A stretch of DNA of 64,000 bases from Blasia pusilla (lineage: Eukaryota). Below the pieces are notes generated by a model, which saw only the letters and a program-made list of their open reading frames with translations, was not told where the DNA came from and did not search any database. The stretch is from the NCBI GenBank assembly GCA_050084515.1, contig CM114271.1, forward strand, positions 43,710,001 through 43,774,000, given 5' to 3'. Numbering within the stretch: position 1 is the stretch's first letter; each line of letters opens with the position of its first letter. A program made the translations under genes and the position numbers. Of the stretch, positions 15,188-27,200 are shown piece by piece.

Positions 15188-15947
15188 GTTTTTAACGTTA
15201 AGAGCGTCGAGAGGAAGAGACGGAATTTGTTTCGTGCGTGAGAGTGTGCAAGCCCATGCAATTTTTTAGGAGAATGGATATGTTGGAGCCCATGGGAATT
15301 TTGGTGGTGTTTAGGGTTTAGGGTATAGCATGGGAGAGTGTCGCAGTTGCATGGAGTTTTCACTAGCCTTGTACGGAGTGTTTGTGTTGCATGGGAGTGT
15401 GTCCAGATCCTTGGAGTTCTTGAGACGTGGAGAGCGTGTTGGAACGGATTGAATATTTTAGACCCACGGTCGATGGAGTTTTTTCCTACCCTTATGTGGA
15501 GCATATGTGATGTTAGAGAGTTTTTCCACGCTAATGTCAAGACACATGGGGGTGTGTCCAAGTTGACTAGTTTACAACCCGTGCTATGTATGGGAATACT
15601 AATCATGCTTCTCAAAATTTCCAAAAAACTCTTGCCTCCCCTCTACCACGCGTCAATGAGGTAGGTGTTTGAAAATTAAGAATTCATCCTCCCTCAATAG
15701 TATAGATGGAGTTCTATCTACCCTTGGATGGAGCATGTACGTTCCATGGGAGTGTGTCCAAATCAATGGAATTCGAGGCGAATCGAGAAAGTGGAAGATC
15801 TTATGATGAAAGGACCTTCATTGCTAACCATATTTGTCACTTACTTGATATCCAAGTGTATACAAGCCAATCGAATTTTTGGGGGCTTGTTAGGGATGTG
15901 GGAGACATTGGTGTTTGAGGGGTTTCTTTCCTAATCATAAATCTCTT

Positions 15948-16470
15948 CACTTAGCCAATGTTGTTTATTTTATTGTTGGGGTTAGTTTTGGGTATCTTGT
16001 TTTTGTTTCATTTCGGCTAGTTATGGTCCTTAACGTATTTGACATTTTCAATCTCTCTTGGTTTTGATCAAATTTAATTTTCCTGTCCTATTTTCTCCAC
16101 AATGACCTTTCTTGAGGTTGATTTCAATTTTGTTTCATTTCATTTTTACTCATAATTACTATTTTGTGGGAATGTGATTTTATGTATTCAAATGAGGAAA
16201 TGATCATTACATAATTTTCCTCACCTAGCTAATGTTATGTATGTTATGGTTGGAGTTGGTTTAGGGGTTCTTGTTTTTGTTTCATTTTGGCTAATTATGA
16301 TCTTTGACATACTTGACATTTTTAGTCTCTCTTGGCTTTGACCAAATTGAATTTCCCCATCCTCTTCCTCCACAATAACCTTTCTTGAGGTTCATTTCAT
16401 TTTTAGTGATCATTGCTATTTTGTAAGAACATGACTTTATATATTCAAATGAGGAAATGATCTTTACATG
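15948..16470. repeat. Diverged tandem duplication of a ~250-270 bp AT-rich unit (~15948-16213 and ~16222-16470)
   Basis: Shared blocks such as TCTTGTTTTTGTTTCATTT, CCTTTCTTGAGGTT and TATTCAAATGAGGAAATGATC occur in both units. Confidence 0.75.
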
Positions 16471-16787
16471 AATGGATCCAAATAGGGATAGTTGTTGAAG
16501 GCATATTCATCATTGGGATACCTAATTAATTAAAGATAATTATTGAGCAATCATCCAATTGAGGAAAGACACATCTATTATTTGGTCACAACATGCTATA
16601 ATAATAATAAGAACATATTATATTTGGACTAGGGTTAGAGTTATAATATATCTATACTTTTGGGATTTATGTGATTATTGGATTGTATCTTTGTTATGAG
16701 TGGTTGGTTAAGTTTGGCATCCAGTCATTTTTGGGATTCACATTTCCAAAAAAGAAAAAATTGGAACAAATGACATGTGGACTTGGT

Positions 16788-16788
<1 letters not shown>

Positions 16789-16832
<44 letters not shown>
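16789..16832. repeat. (GA)n microsatellite
   Basis: Direct reading. Confidence 0.9.
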
Positions 16833-16837
<5 letters not shown>

Positions 16838-18619
16838 AAGGGACCTAGGATGTTAGAGTTCAAATTCCCTTAGGATGGAGGATGGATGTGACTTTATGAT
16901 CACTCAATGAAGGCTACATATAGTTCCACATGCGTCTAACTTAATTGTAACACCCACATCGTATCATGATGTAGGTGTTGATTTCAACCATATAAGATTT
17001 AGATATATTATTGCAGAGATTGATGTTGATACTATGATTACTTGAGGTGCTATTAGAATAACTGAGCCATAAAAAGATGGGATTGAGTAAGTCTCAAAAG
17101 TGGGGATAGACGGGAAACAAGCCTTGGTTTGCTGAAGGTTAATATTGTTGAGGCAATTTACATATTATCAATGGTGCCCCAAAAATCAATAGCGGAGCAA
17201 AGGCATCAATATGATGAGGAGTCATAGGCAAATCCTATGTAATCTTAAGTTGATCCAATGTTGAGTACGATGTTGTGGATGGCCACTATAGTATGTAAGA
17301 CTCAAATGTTTCTCATAGACTTGGAAGTACTTGAAGTTGAGCCATTTGAGGTATGTCATCTAGCTACCATGCTTTGTGAACATAGAGAGGTTATTGCCTC
17401 TCATATATAGGTCATTTGGGAGGAGGTGATGGACTTCTCTCCAAGAATGTATTGGAGATGTCGCCTAGTGGCTCACGGTAGGCTATGACTATCTTGTTGG
17501 TGGGTACGCCAACTACCTAGACTCATGATAGAGAAAACCCTCGGGGAGCTGACTATTACTTAGTGGCCTAAAATATGTATATGCACAAGTCACCATCCAG
17601 GATAAGGTAATAAACTTTGTTATGTGGATTCTACAATAAGCACATATATCTTATCTAGCAAGAATACAGTTTCCAAGGGTAGATGTTCATCCTTGCATGG
17701 AATGGTCCAAAGCTAGAACATTTGGAGACTTTGCATCATAGGATATGACCACATTAAACATCAAATGGTGAAGAGGTTTCCAAACTCTGATATGATGCTT
17801 ATGAGTATTATCTTTCAGTTCCTCTAGTATTTATTTAGAAGTTTGTTTTATATGTTAATTTGGCAAGCAAGAATTTCAATCATTTCCAAGCAAAGGTAAA
17901 TATATATTGAGAATACTAGAGGTTGTGTATATAGATGTTTGGACAACATCTCAATCTAATTTGATTGGTAGTGAGTAGTTTAAAACTTTTGTTGAAAAAT
18001 TCTCTAGATGAATAGGAATAAATTTCACGACATCAAATTCATAAGTATTTGACACATTCCATAATTTTAAGAATCTCTTAAAGAATAAATTTGGATATTA
18101 TATTCTTAAATGTAGATCAAATGGAGGAGGCAAGCTAATCTCTAGCAAGTTTGACGTTTTGCTACAACAACATAGCATCACATCTCTAATGGCAAGTTAA
18201 TTGTATTTCTACTTGAAAGCATAATGGAATAGAAGAGAGGAAGTATCAATACATACCATAAACAGAGAGGATTATTGTTGAATGAGAAAAGTGTGTCAAA
18301 GTTGTATTGGGAAGGATGTCACGTCTTTTAGGATAGATCGGTGAGATCTAGTAGAGCGCCTTCATGAATAGTGGAGGACAGGCTCAGTAGGTTGAGGATA
18401 ACTTGTTGAGGCCCCAAGAAACCTGAGAGAGCAAGTTTCCTTTCCGCTCATTTGGAGCCATATTGAGGCACTTACTATTTTAGGGAAGTAATATTTTGAG
18501 TATATGATCAACTTTCTATTTTTGGTAGTTGGCCCTTGACCTCCTAGATCAGGTCAAGAGCCAAGGAGGTGACTTGGGAGCATAGGTTACCATGGAGAGA
18601 GCTTGGGAGAGGGGAGGGG

Positions 18620-19360
18620 TGTCGTGCGCATATATATCGCTACACAACATACATCGCTGGTCACATCTACACCACACAACACCGATCTTCCCCACACATG
18701 GGTCGATCCACACATGTACAAAAATCAACTCATACATATACATGGAGATCACACAACAAAAATAAAGAGTAGTAAAAAAAGGCACACCCGGTCTAAAACT
18801 CCACTCCTCAATCTACATTGACATATTGAGCCTCGTCCACCCTGTGCTATCAAGGAATCCGGACGCTAGCACCCTAGTCCTATCTCACACACATACAAGG
18901 GAGGTGCTCCAACGGCCCAACATGAGAAAGATGGCTTAGGAAAGCCATCTTCGTCTCTTATATAGGGTTGGAAAGAGCCAAAAGGCTCTTTCCCTAAAAA
19001 TAGCCCTCTCCTTGGTAACCTACGCGCACAGGTTACCAAGGGCGGGTAACCAGGTCAACAAGTCATCCGGTTGTGAAAGACCTCAACATGAAAGTTGGCA
19101 AAAAACGACGTTCCTGACACAATGGACCTATCCTCAACCTCATCTGACACCGTGGGACAAAGTTACACTCAAGATAGTTTCCTGGCTCATGCGCCCTATC
19201 CACGATAGATCTCGGCCTATCTGCTACTCAGATGTGACAGCTGTTGTGCGCATACATATCGCTACATAACATACATCGCTGGTCACATCTACACCACATA
19301 ACACCAATCTTCCCCACACACGGGTTGATCCACACATGTACAAAAATAAACTCATACATA
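18620..19360 (-). repeat. 3' repeat block of element A: B1 (19360-19242) - GC - A2 (19239-18758) - 19-nt filler - B2 (18738-18620)
   Basis: 19242-19360 aligns with 18620-18738 (both 119 bp); 18758-19239 aligns with 28265-28742. Confidence 0.9.
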
Positions 19361-19436
19361 CGCCCCCCTAGCTGGCAGTTGGATCCCCCCAACTCCAGAT
19401 AGAAAATATCACATCTCTCTAACATGACCTACTACC

Positions 19437-19580
19437 CTATACACATCTCGGACACATCCATCGTCCTGTGGGAACCACATCAAGAGGGGGGGTCAGACAT
19501 GATATATGCCACCCTCAAGAACAATCATCACATACCAACATGGTGGCTGCACCCCTCGCAGATCCGCACAACATACACCT
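19437..19580 (-). other. PHD finger at the C-terminus of element A integrase
   Basis: CMLCGSARGAATMLVCDDCS*GWHISCLTPPLDVVPTGRWMCPRC = C4-H-C3 with the conserved W before the last CxxC. Confidence 0.85.
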
Positions 19581-21302
19581 CAAGCCTACAGGTATCACTG
19601 CCAAGCTCAGATCCATTGTCCCATCTACATTCGGAAGATGACATGGCGCACAATTGCGCACATCATCCTTCCAAACCATACCATCTCGTTCCTCCAACAT
19701 GAGGACTCCGGTCAGTAATACCTCGCGCACACGTAGGATCGCGGCGGCGGTAAAGATGACATCTAGCGTCGTGGGTGCCGCCTGCTGTAAATACACGTAA
19801 TCTCCAAGATGAAACCTCCTAATCCTTGGACGATAACCTCCTCCACGAATGGTCACGTACCTCAATGTATCTCTATGGTGGGCAATAGCTAAGTTCTCAA
19901 AGGCCATAGGCATAACTCTACGAAAAACTTCTGCCCTCTGAGAACATGTTTGTACCCACACATCTGGATCATCAAGATCTAACATCTCCGCCATGTCACG
20001 TCAAATCGCTGCAGGTAAATGTGGCTCTCTGCCAAAGAGCAAAAAGTACGGTGAAAATGACGCCAAGGATGCCTGCCGACTAAAGCGATAACCCATAGCC
20101 AACCATGGCAAGTGTAGGTCCCACTCCCTCAACTGTCCCCGTTGCAAGCCATACTTGCTCAATCATTTCTTCACCGTCTGTACCACTCTCTCCGCCAACC
20201 CATCTGCCTCAAGATGATCTCTGGACGTGGTGCAGTGATCTATCAGCACCTGATCACACAAGGCCTGAAACTCTCCCCTGAACTCGGTACCCTGGTCAGT
20301 CAACACCTCCGCCGGTGCACCAAAGTGACTAAGCACACGATCTAGAAACGCATAAGATGTTCCCTTGCTCGCCTTGTCTGGTAGTGCCACCAACTCTATC
20401 CACTTGGAGAAATACTCCACTATGACCAACACGTACCTATCATGACGCCCCGTCAATGGCAAAGGTCCCGCAAAGTCTAAACTCCACCAATAACCTAAAC
20501 CCATAATCGGCAAAAGATGTAACTGTGGGAGAATTGAAGGATGCTCGCACTGTGTCACATACCATACATCTGGCCACAAATTGCAGTACCCCAGTATGCA
20601 TGTCGCGCCACCAATACTGAACCTGGAGTAAGCTGTAAGTACGCTTTACTCCGAAATGTCCCAACTCCTCATGGGCATGTCGCACTACACGTGCTCGCTG
20701 GGAAGGATGAGGTACCACTCGTATCCTACCATCTCCCCATACCCGAAAAATATGAGTCCCCTCCCACCTGAACCTCTTGGCTATCTGTAGGATCCGATCC
20801 CGTTCCCTAGACTCACTATACTCGCAATGACGCCAGTGCGCAAGAACTCCACAACCTCCACGTCGTCATGGATATCACGACCACCTGTCGCCTCCTCACT
20901 AACCTCTGGATCCAAAGACTCATCATCCAACCCCACCACTGGAGTCATCACCAGTGGCTGACTTGCCATAGTCAACCAACAAATATAGGCAGATGCATGC
21001 CAACCGGGCACCATCTCCTCATCACTCTCTCCATGCCATCGAGCTCCTATGTCGTCTCTCTGACTCGGACATGGGTTACGACTCAACCTATCCGCATCCT
21101 GGTTCTGCCAACCTCGCGTATGAACCACCTCAAACTCATACTCCTATAGTAATAGAGCCCACATGGCAAGCTTTCCCGTAAGCTGCGGACTCAATCAACC
21201 ACCTCAACGGCTGATGATCAGTGATAAGTGTGAAAGGGTTGCCAAATAAATAGCACCTGAAATGTGCCACGGCCCACACTGCAGCCAAGCACTCTCCCTC
21301 AT

Positions 21303-21711
21303 CAAGCGGTAGATGACCAAGAGGTTAGCTGAACCAACATAAGGTCCTCTTGAAGAGGTCTTGGGTTCAACTCTCCCCTTGGACAGTGGGGGGCGGTCTC
21401 AACCCCAGGGCAGTGGCGTCCCCTACCTAGGGCATGGATGGTCCATGTTCGAGAGAGAGAGAATGCCTTGTGTGCCTTTCATGTGTGTGCCTTGACTATG
21501 CTCCCAGGTTAAAAAAAATCTGGATAAAATTCCAGACCTTCACAAAAAAAAGGAAAAAAAAAACAAAGAAACAAAAACCAAATCTCCTGAGTGAGAACCC
21601 CAAATCTAGATGTGAAGGTGCCATGTCGGATGCGATGTCAATTTCACATATGTGGAAGGGGTCCCATAAGCCAGATCGGCTTCCCGTGGACTAAAAATCT
21701 ACTCTACTCCA
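21303..21711 (+). mobile_element. tRNA-headed composite SINE inserted in the RNase H region of element A
   Basis: It splits ..YNSYE|GECL..; A-box-like TGACCAAGAGG (~21314) and B-box-like GGTTCAACTCT (21364-21374); A-rich linker; 3' tail ending in CTACT-type repeats; probable TSD CTCAT (21298-21302 / 21712-21716). Confidence 0.7.
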
Positions 21712-23244
21712 CTCATAAGAGTTGTACTTTGCCTCTGCAATGTTGTTCGATCGGCTCACGTAAGCCACAACGAACTCCCTCTCCTCGTCATCCCTCTGAG
21801 TAAGCACTACTCCTAGACCCAACATGCTCCAATCCGTATGTAACTGGAATGGGCGACCCCTAACCGATATGTGTAAAATGGGTGAGGACGTCAACCTGTC
21901 CTTGAGCTCCTGAGATGCTCGCTCCTGATCATCTCCCCACAACCAAACATGACCAAGTCTCGTCAACAAGGTCAAAGACTTTGCGATAGCACTAAAACCC
22001 TTGACATACCGTCGATAGAAGTTCGCCAGTCCAAGAAATGCTCGGACTCGACTCACATCTGTAGGGCGTGGAGTCTGCGCAATAGCCTCTACCTTCGTCT
22101 GCTGAACGCCTAACCCACTCGGGTATATGGTGTGTCCCAAGTACTCAATCAGCTCCTGAAAGAATCTGCACTTGCCTGGATGCATATGTAACTACAGTCC
22201 ATGTAACTGCAATCGCCGAAACGCCTCCTCCAAGTGTCGCTCATGCTCCTCAACCATGGAAGATAAGAATATCATCTATGTAACATCGTATAAAATCCAA
22301 GCCAGCCAGAATCCTATCCATCACTCTCTGAAACTCTGCAAGCGCGTTCTTCAACCCAAATGGTAAGAACCGCCATTGATACACGCAATCTCTCCCGAAC
22401 CGATCTATCCCCCAGAATGTTGTCTTCTCCCTGTCCTCCAACCTGATAGGAAGCTGATGATAGCCAGCACGAAGATCTAAAGTATTGAAGATCTTTGCAT
22501 GCCCTACCGCATCAAAGATCTCCTCAGGAGTAGGCATGGCGTACCGATATGACCTCGTCTCTCGGTTGATAGGACGGTAATCTCCACACATCCGCCTATC
22601 CGTCCAATTGCCATACATATCCTTCTTTTCCGGCATGATTGTGGCAGATGCGTACTCCCCATGTGATAACTCCACAAGTCCTGCCTCCAACAAGTCCTAA
22701 CTCCTGCTCTGAATCAAGGCTCACTCCATATGAGAATACCTGTAGGGTCGACAAAAGATCGGCTTATCACTAGCCAACTCAATCCGTATCCCGAGACCCT
22801 TCAGCGTACCCAAGTCTCTCATACTGAAGGCAAAACAACTGACATGCCCTCTCAGAAACCTATGAACTCGTCATCGCTCTCCTCCTATCAACTTGAGACC
22901 TCACATCATAGGCTCCCAAGTCTCCATTGTGACCTCACTCGGAGAGGACGCAACCTCCGGCTTTGGTTGCTATGTAGCAACACTAGCCACCTCCGCAACA
23001 GCCACTCCACTCTGACCTCCTACACCATACTCCACATCCGAAAAATGAACATGTGCTACTCTAGCCGCCTTCGTACTCTCTGCTCGAACGACATCCCAGG
23101 AAGTCCATGGGTGCCTATCTCTCCTCGTCTCGCCCCCAGCCAATGCTTGTACAGACCTTGTAGGCAATGGTCCAACTCCTGGATGTGACGGCATGGATGA
23201 CACTCACATCCGTCTCTGCTCAGCCATACCTAGGCTGACTATCC

Positions 23245-24200
23245 CCGTGAGACACTTGAGGTCCATCGCCTGCCCCAACACCTGTCTCCGGGATGCCTCA
23301 GTCATCCCTGGCACCGCCGTAGTACCGGTAGCGAACCCCATGGCGCGCTCGCGCTCATCTGCTGTAGGCTCCTACAATGATCCGGCCACCTCATCCCAAA
23401 TCATGCCTAGCCCTCCTTGACGAAAGGCATGAGATGCTGGGAAGCTCACCAACATAGGTAAGGTTGCCCTCAACTCCCCCATCCTATTGGCCATGGCCAA
23501 CGGTGGTCTATCATCCCGTGTCACCACATGAGATCGACGCCTTGAGCCCAAAATAGCATCCACTGTGAGATGTGGTGCTCTCTGGACTCCATCGTATGCT
23601 CAACTCAGTACCTCTGATGGTATTAGGTTCGTCCATCATAGTCGTGAACGATGGGCACGTGATCCAACTCTCGCCGCATCTAATAACACAGCAGGTCCCA
23701 ACCAAGACCTCACCTGATACACACTCGTCATCACACGTGCACGAGTGTCTCCCAACAACGGCACGTTCTCCAAGATGTACGTTGGAGAACATGTCTCACT
23801 CTCCTGCAAGTGTCGTACTACTTGCAGCATCTCCCTAAACATCCATGACCTCGGATCCTGCAATCCAAATCCTCGGCCAGCTGATGAATGACCCTGACAT
23901 GGCCATCCAGCAATCATCAAATGAAAGGTGCCAATTTTATCCAGATCCTGCGCCCCCACCAAAGAGATGTCGGTGGGTAGTGTATGCTGATATCCCCGTA
24001 CTGCAGATACCGGCAACAACTCAGGATACCTGTGGACGAATCTCGCCACGTGACGTAATGATACTCGCCGCGCGGTCTTATCTCTCTCCACATAAAGGTA
24101 TTGATGTACCCGTATGCCCGCCTGCAATATTGCAGCCAATCCGGTGCTAATCCCTCTGAAGAGATCTAACACCCTCCTATGGGCACTGCCACACAACGGG
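23245..24200 (-). pseudogene. C5 cytosine DNA methyltransferase domain inside element A pol, between protease and RT
   Basis: Motif I VLDLFRGISTG, II YLYVE, IV IAGWPCQGHS (catalytic PC), VI ILENV, VIII HRSRL, IX ERERAMGF..GTT and X RRQVLGQAMD, in canonical order. Confidence 0.9.
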
Positions 24201-27200
24201 TGTGGTATCCAGTGGGGTCAACGTCTCCACGCCAAGAGCCCTATTGCCACGTGACTCTTGCTGCTCCGGGATAAAAGCATGACCCCACGCCTGCCTCATG
24301 AGGTTGTCGGCACTCCTATGTAGCTCTCGAGTCGTACCCCACAATGGTGAAGAGGTATCGCCAATATGGGAAGAGACACCCGCCATGGCCTGTCTCTCCG
24401 TGGGACTATCCACTACTGGGACATCCTCTGCATGTGCGTTCATCTCCAGCAACTCTCGTGGCCAGCTAACACTACTTGTGAAAGCCGCCAACGTGGTCAC
24501 AGACTCTCCTAGTGATCGACCACCTTGTCCCGCAAACTCCAAGACTGACTCATCCGGCCGTCACCTGAGAGCCATCCCGGCCGATAAGCAACGGTCTCCT
24601 CCCACAACTCAAGAATGAATCCTAGGGGATATAACACTGTACTCCCCACCAACACATCGTACAACTCAGTTGGTGTCGTAATCGCACATGTGCGCACCAT
24701 AGCACTATCCGTCTCATGCTCTGGCTGGACTCTGACAACTATCTCTTGTCGAGTCATATACTATGTGGGTGACACGCCCCCAATCGAGGTCTGTATCTGG
24801 AAGGGACAAGGCTCAATGTCGGCCTTCCGTAACCCCAACGCTAAACACGCCGCCTTCCCTAACATCAAGGGTTGCGCTCCCGAATCAAGTAGGATGCGCT
24901 GCGGGTGGTATACTTTCCCTGTTGGACTAACCAAGCAAAATACTCAAGCTCGGTTATGTTATCCAGTGATACTACTCCACGTGTCACCACTGCTCGCTCT
25001 ATGGCCGGTCGAGCTGGCATATCTACCAACTTCGCCGCTGCCGCATGCCATGACTCGGTGGGGAACGTCCCGAGCACCGGCTCTGAGGGCAAGTCCACCA
25101 CCTCCTCAACTACCTCTGAACAAGAAGCAGTCATCTCTCCATGCTCACACAACATGGCGGCCAACCGGAACACCTCAGCTGGTCCAACTCCCAACGTCGC
25201 CAACTCTATGGCGGAAAATAGTGGAGTCTGACTTACTCTGGTGGCCACCTCCAACACTATGGTCGACACTGACTCCACTCGAGCCGGCATAGGAGTTGTC
25301 ACTCCAACTCCTCGTGAGGTCGACATAGGTACCTGAGCTACAGGCACCGCTGGTCGTTGAGGCACCATCGCTGGTGTGTGTAGTGCCTCCGACAATGTGA
25401 ATGACTGTGGAACCCTGGCCTGCCGCCCATCGGTCCCCTCTGGTGGGTCAATCTCAACTCCACCTCTTGATGGCTCGGTGCCTCTCGCAGCACCCGGAGT
25501 CACCATTGCAGGTGCCTCAACCTGGGCTGCACTAAACATAAATCCCATACTGGCCAGATCCTCACCCGGGTTAGGGTAAGAGATAGAAGCTAGAGTCACA
25601 CTAGCTGCTCGCAGCTCCGTGCCTTCCCTAAGCTGCATCATCATCATGGCAGCAATCCTCTGCTCCAACTGATCGATACGTGAGAGAAGTGTCGGCTCTG
25701 GTGCTCCTGCTCCATCTCCTCTGGTTGGTGGTGGTCCTCTACCACCACGTCCAGGAAGGACTCCCCGACCTCCTCCAGGATGACCGCCCCTAGGCCCTCG
25801 GCCTACCTCTGGACGTGCCCCTCGGCGAAGGTCAAAACATCTATCCCGAGTGTGACCATATCTGTGGCAATAGTCACATTGGTGCTGTGGTGGGGCCATC
25901 CTCCGTGGCTCCTCTGAGCAATCGGAGGCGCTGGTGGTCCTCTCCCATGCTGTGGGCAGTCTCTCTACCTATGGGACCCTCCACACGTCCAACAAGACCA
26001 CATCGGTCCCTACTGGGCAACATATGTAGGTACGGGTCGTTGCCTCATAGGCTCACAGTACCCACCCTGCTCTATAGGCACACTGGCTTGCTCCCGTGGT
26101 ACTGGTGCTCGCTGTGGCACTTGTGGGGCCACCGTTGCTCGTGGACCCGTCGACTCTCGAGAAAATCCAGCGGTCACTACTTGCTCCTCACTCATGTTGA
26201 GCTCAATACGCTTAGACAACTCAAAGACCACCTTCAATGTGGGCTTTGCTGTGTGAATCAACACCGCATCTCGGACTCTCTTCCGTAGTTCTCAGTCCAG
26301 AACCTCGTACCAATACTAGAGTGACTGCGCCTCAGTCACTCCATACGTAGCAATGATCAGCCTGCTCATGCGCGTGAATGCCTCTCTCAGACTCTCACCC
26401 GATCGTCGCTGAAAATCCTATAGACTCTTTAGCTTGTCGGTGCGTATGCCCTGGTAGCTCTTCCCCAACTGTCGGAAGAACTCCACCGTGGGGCTGAAGC
26501 TGGGTGGCCCTCTACCACCAGAGGTCTCTGCCACATCGCATGTCTCACTGCCCTCCTCTCCATCTAATCTCCGAGCTGATGGTGTGGGTCTCTATCCTCT
26601 CACAATCCCATCATATGCCTCGCGACCACTAGTAGACACATACCCTGGAGCCCAATACATCCTCCAGGCATCGATCTCTATTGAATATACTGATAAAAAC
26701 TCCATGTAGTCATCCATCGGAGGACGCTCCAAGTGGTGGAACAACCCCTTCCATGCCATGAAAGGGTTGAATCATGTCGGGGATATCTCCTAGAAGTCAC
26801 ATCACGTGTTGAACTCCTGGATAAAATCATCTAAGTCGATGGTGCCCACTGCACACGAGAAACGACGCATGCCCCGATGGCCCATGTCGTCCATCTCCTG
26901 CCAAGTACTATTGTCTCTTTCTGCGATCTCGTCACCAGACCCAGTGTTTAGTCATGACGATCCAGCCACAGATGGATGTCGAGGTAGCTCCTCAGTGATA
27001 ACCCCTTGGCATCTCACTCCACTCCGTGTCACACCACTACTACTGCTTGCACTACCCCATTCTTCCGAACCCTGGAAGAACGCCGTGATGACAAACCCTG
27101 TCTCACCCGCTCAAGCACTCAGACTCATCGAGAGCCTCCCACACGCCTCACTAGCTCACCTATGCTAACATCAATCTCGTGATGACATACCCGGCCTCAC

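Larger units (their letters stand above)
19437..26830 (-). pseudogene. Element A gag-pol polyprotein with stops/frameshifts and a SINE insertion
   Basis: Gag zinc knuckle CDYCHRYGHTRDRC (~25880-25840), protease ILLDSGAQ (~24895-24872), DNMT, RT (MCGDYRPIN, LDLRAGYHQ, PFGLKN, CYIDD), RNase H (HTDWS), integrase (HEELGHFG..CMVC, LDFAGP, TDQGTEF, GLAERVVQT) and a C-terminal PHD. The 5' limit is approximate. Confidence 0.9.

Noticed and set aside
21303-21390. tRNA gene
   Set aside because: Only degenerate A/B boxes and no convincing cloverleaf; it is part of an insertion in pol, so treated as a SINE head.
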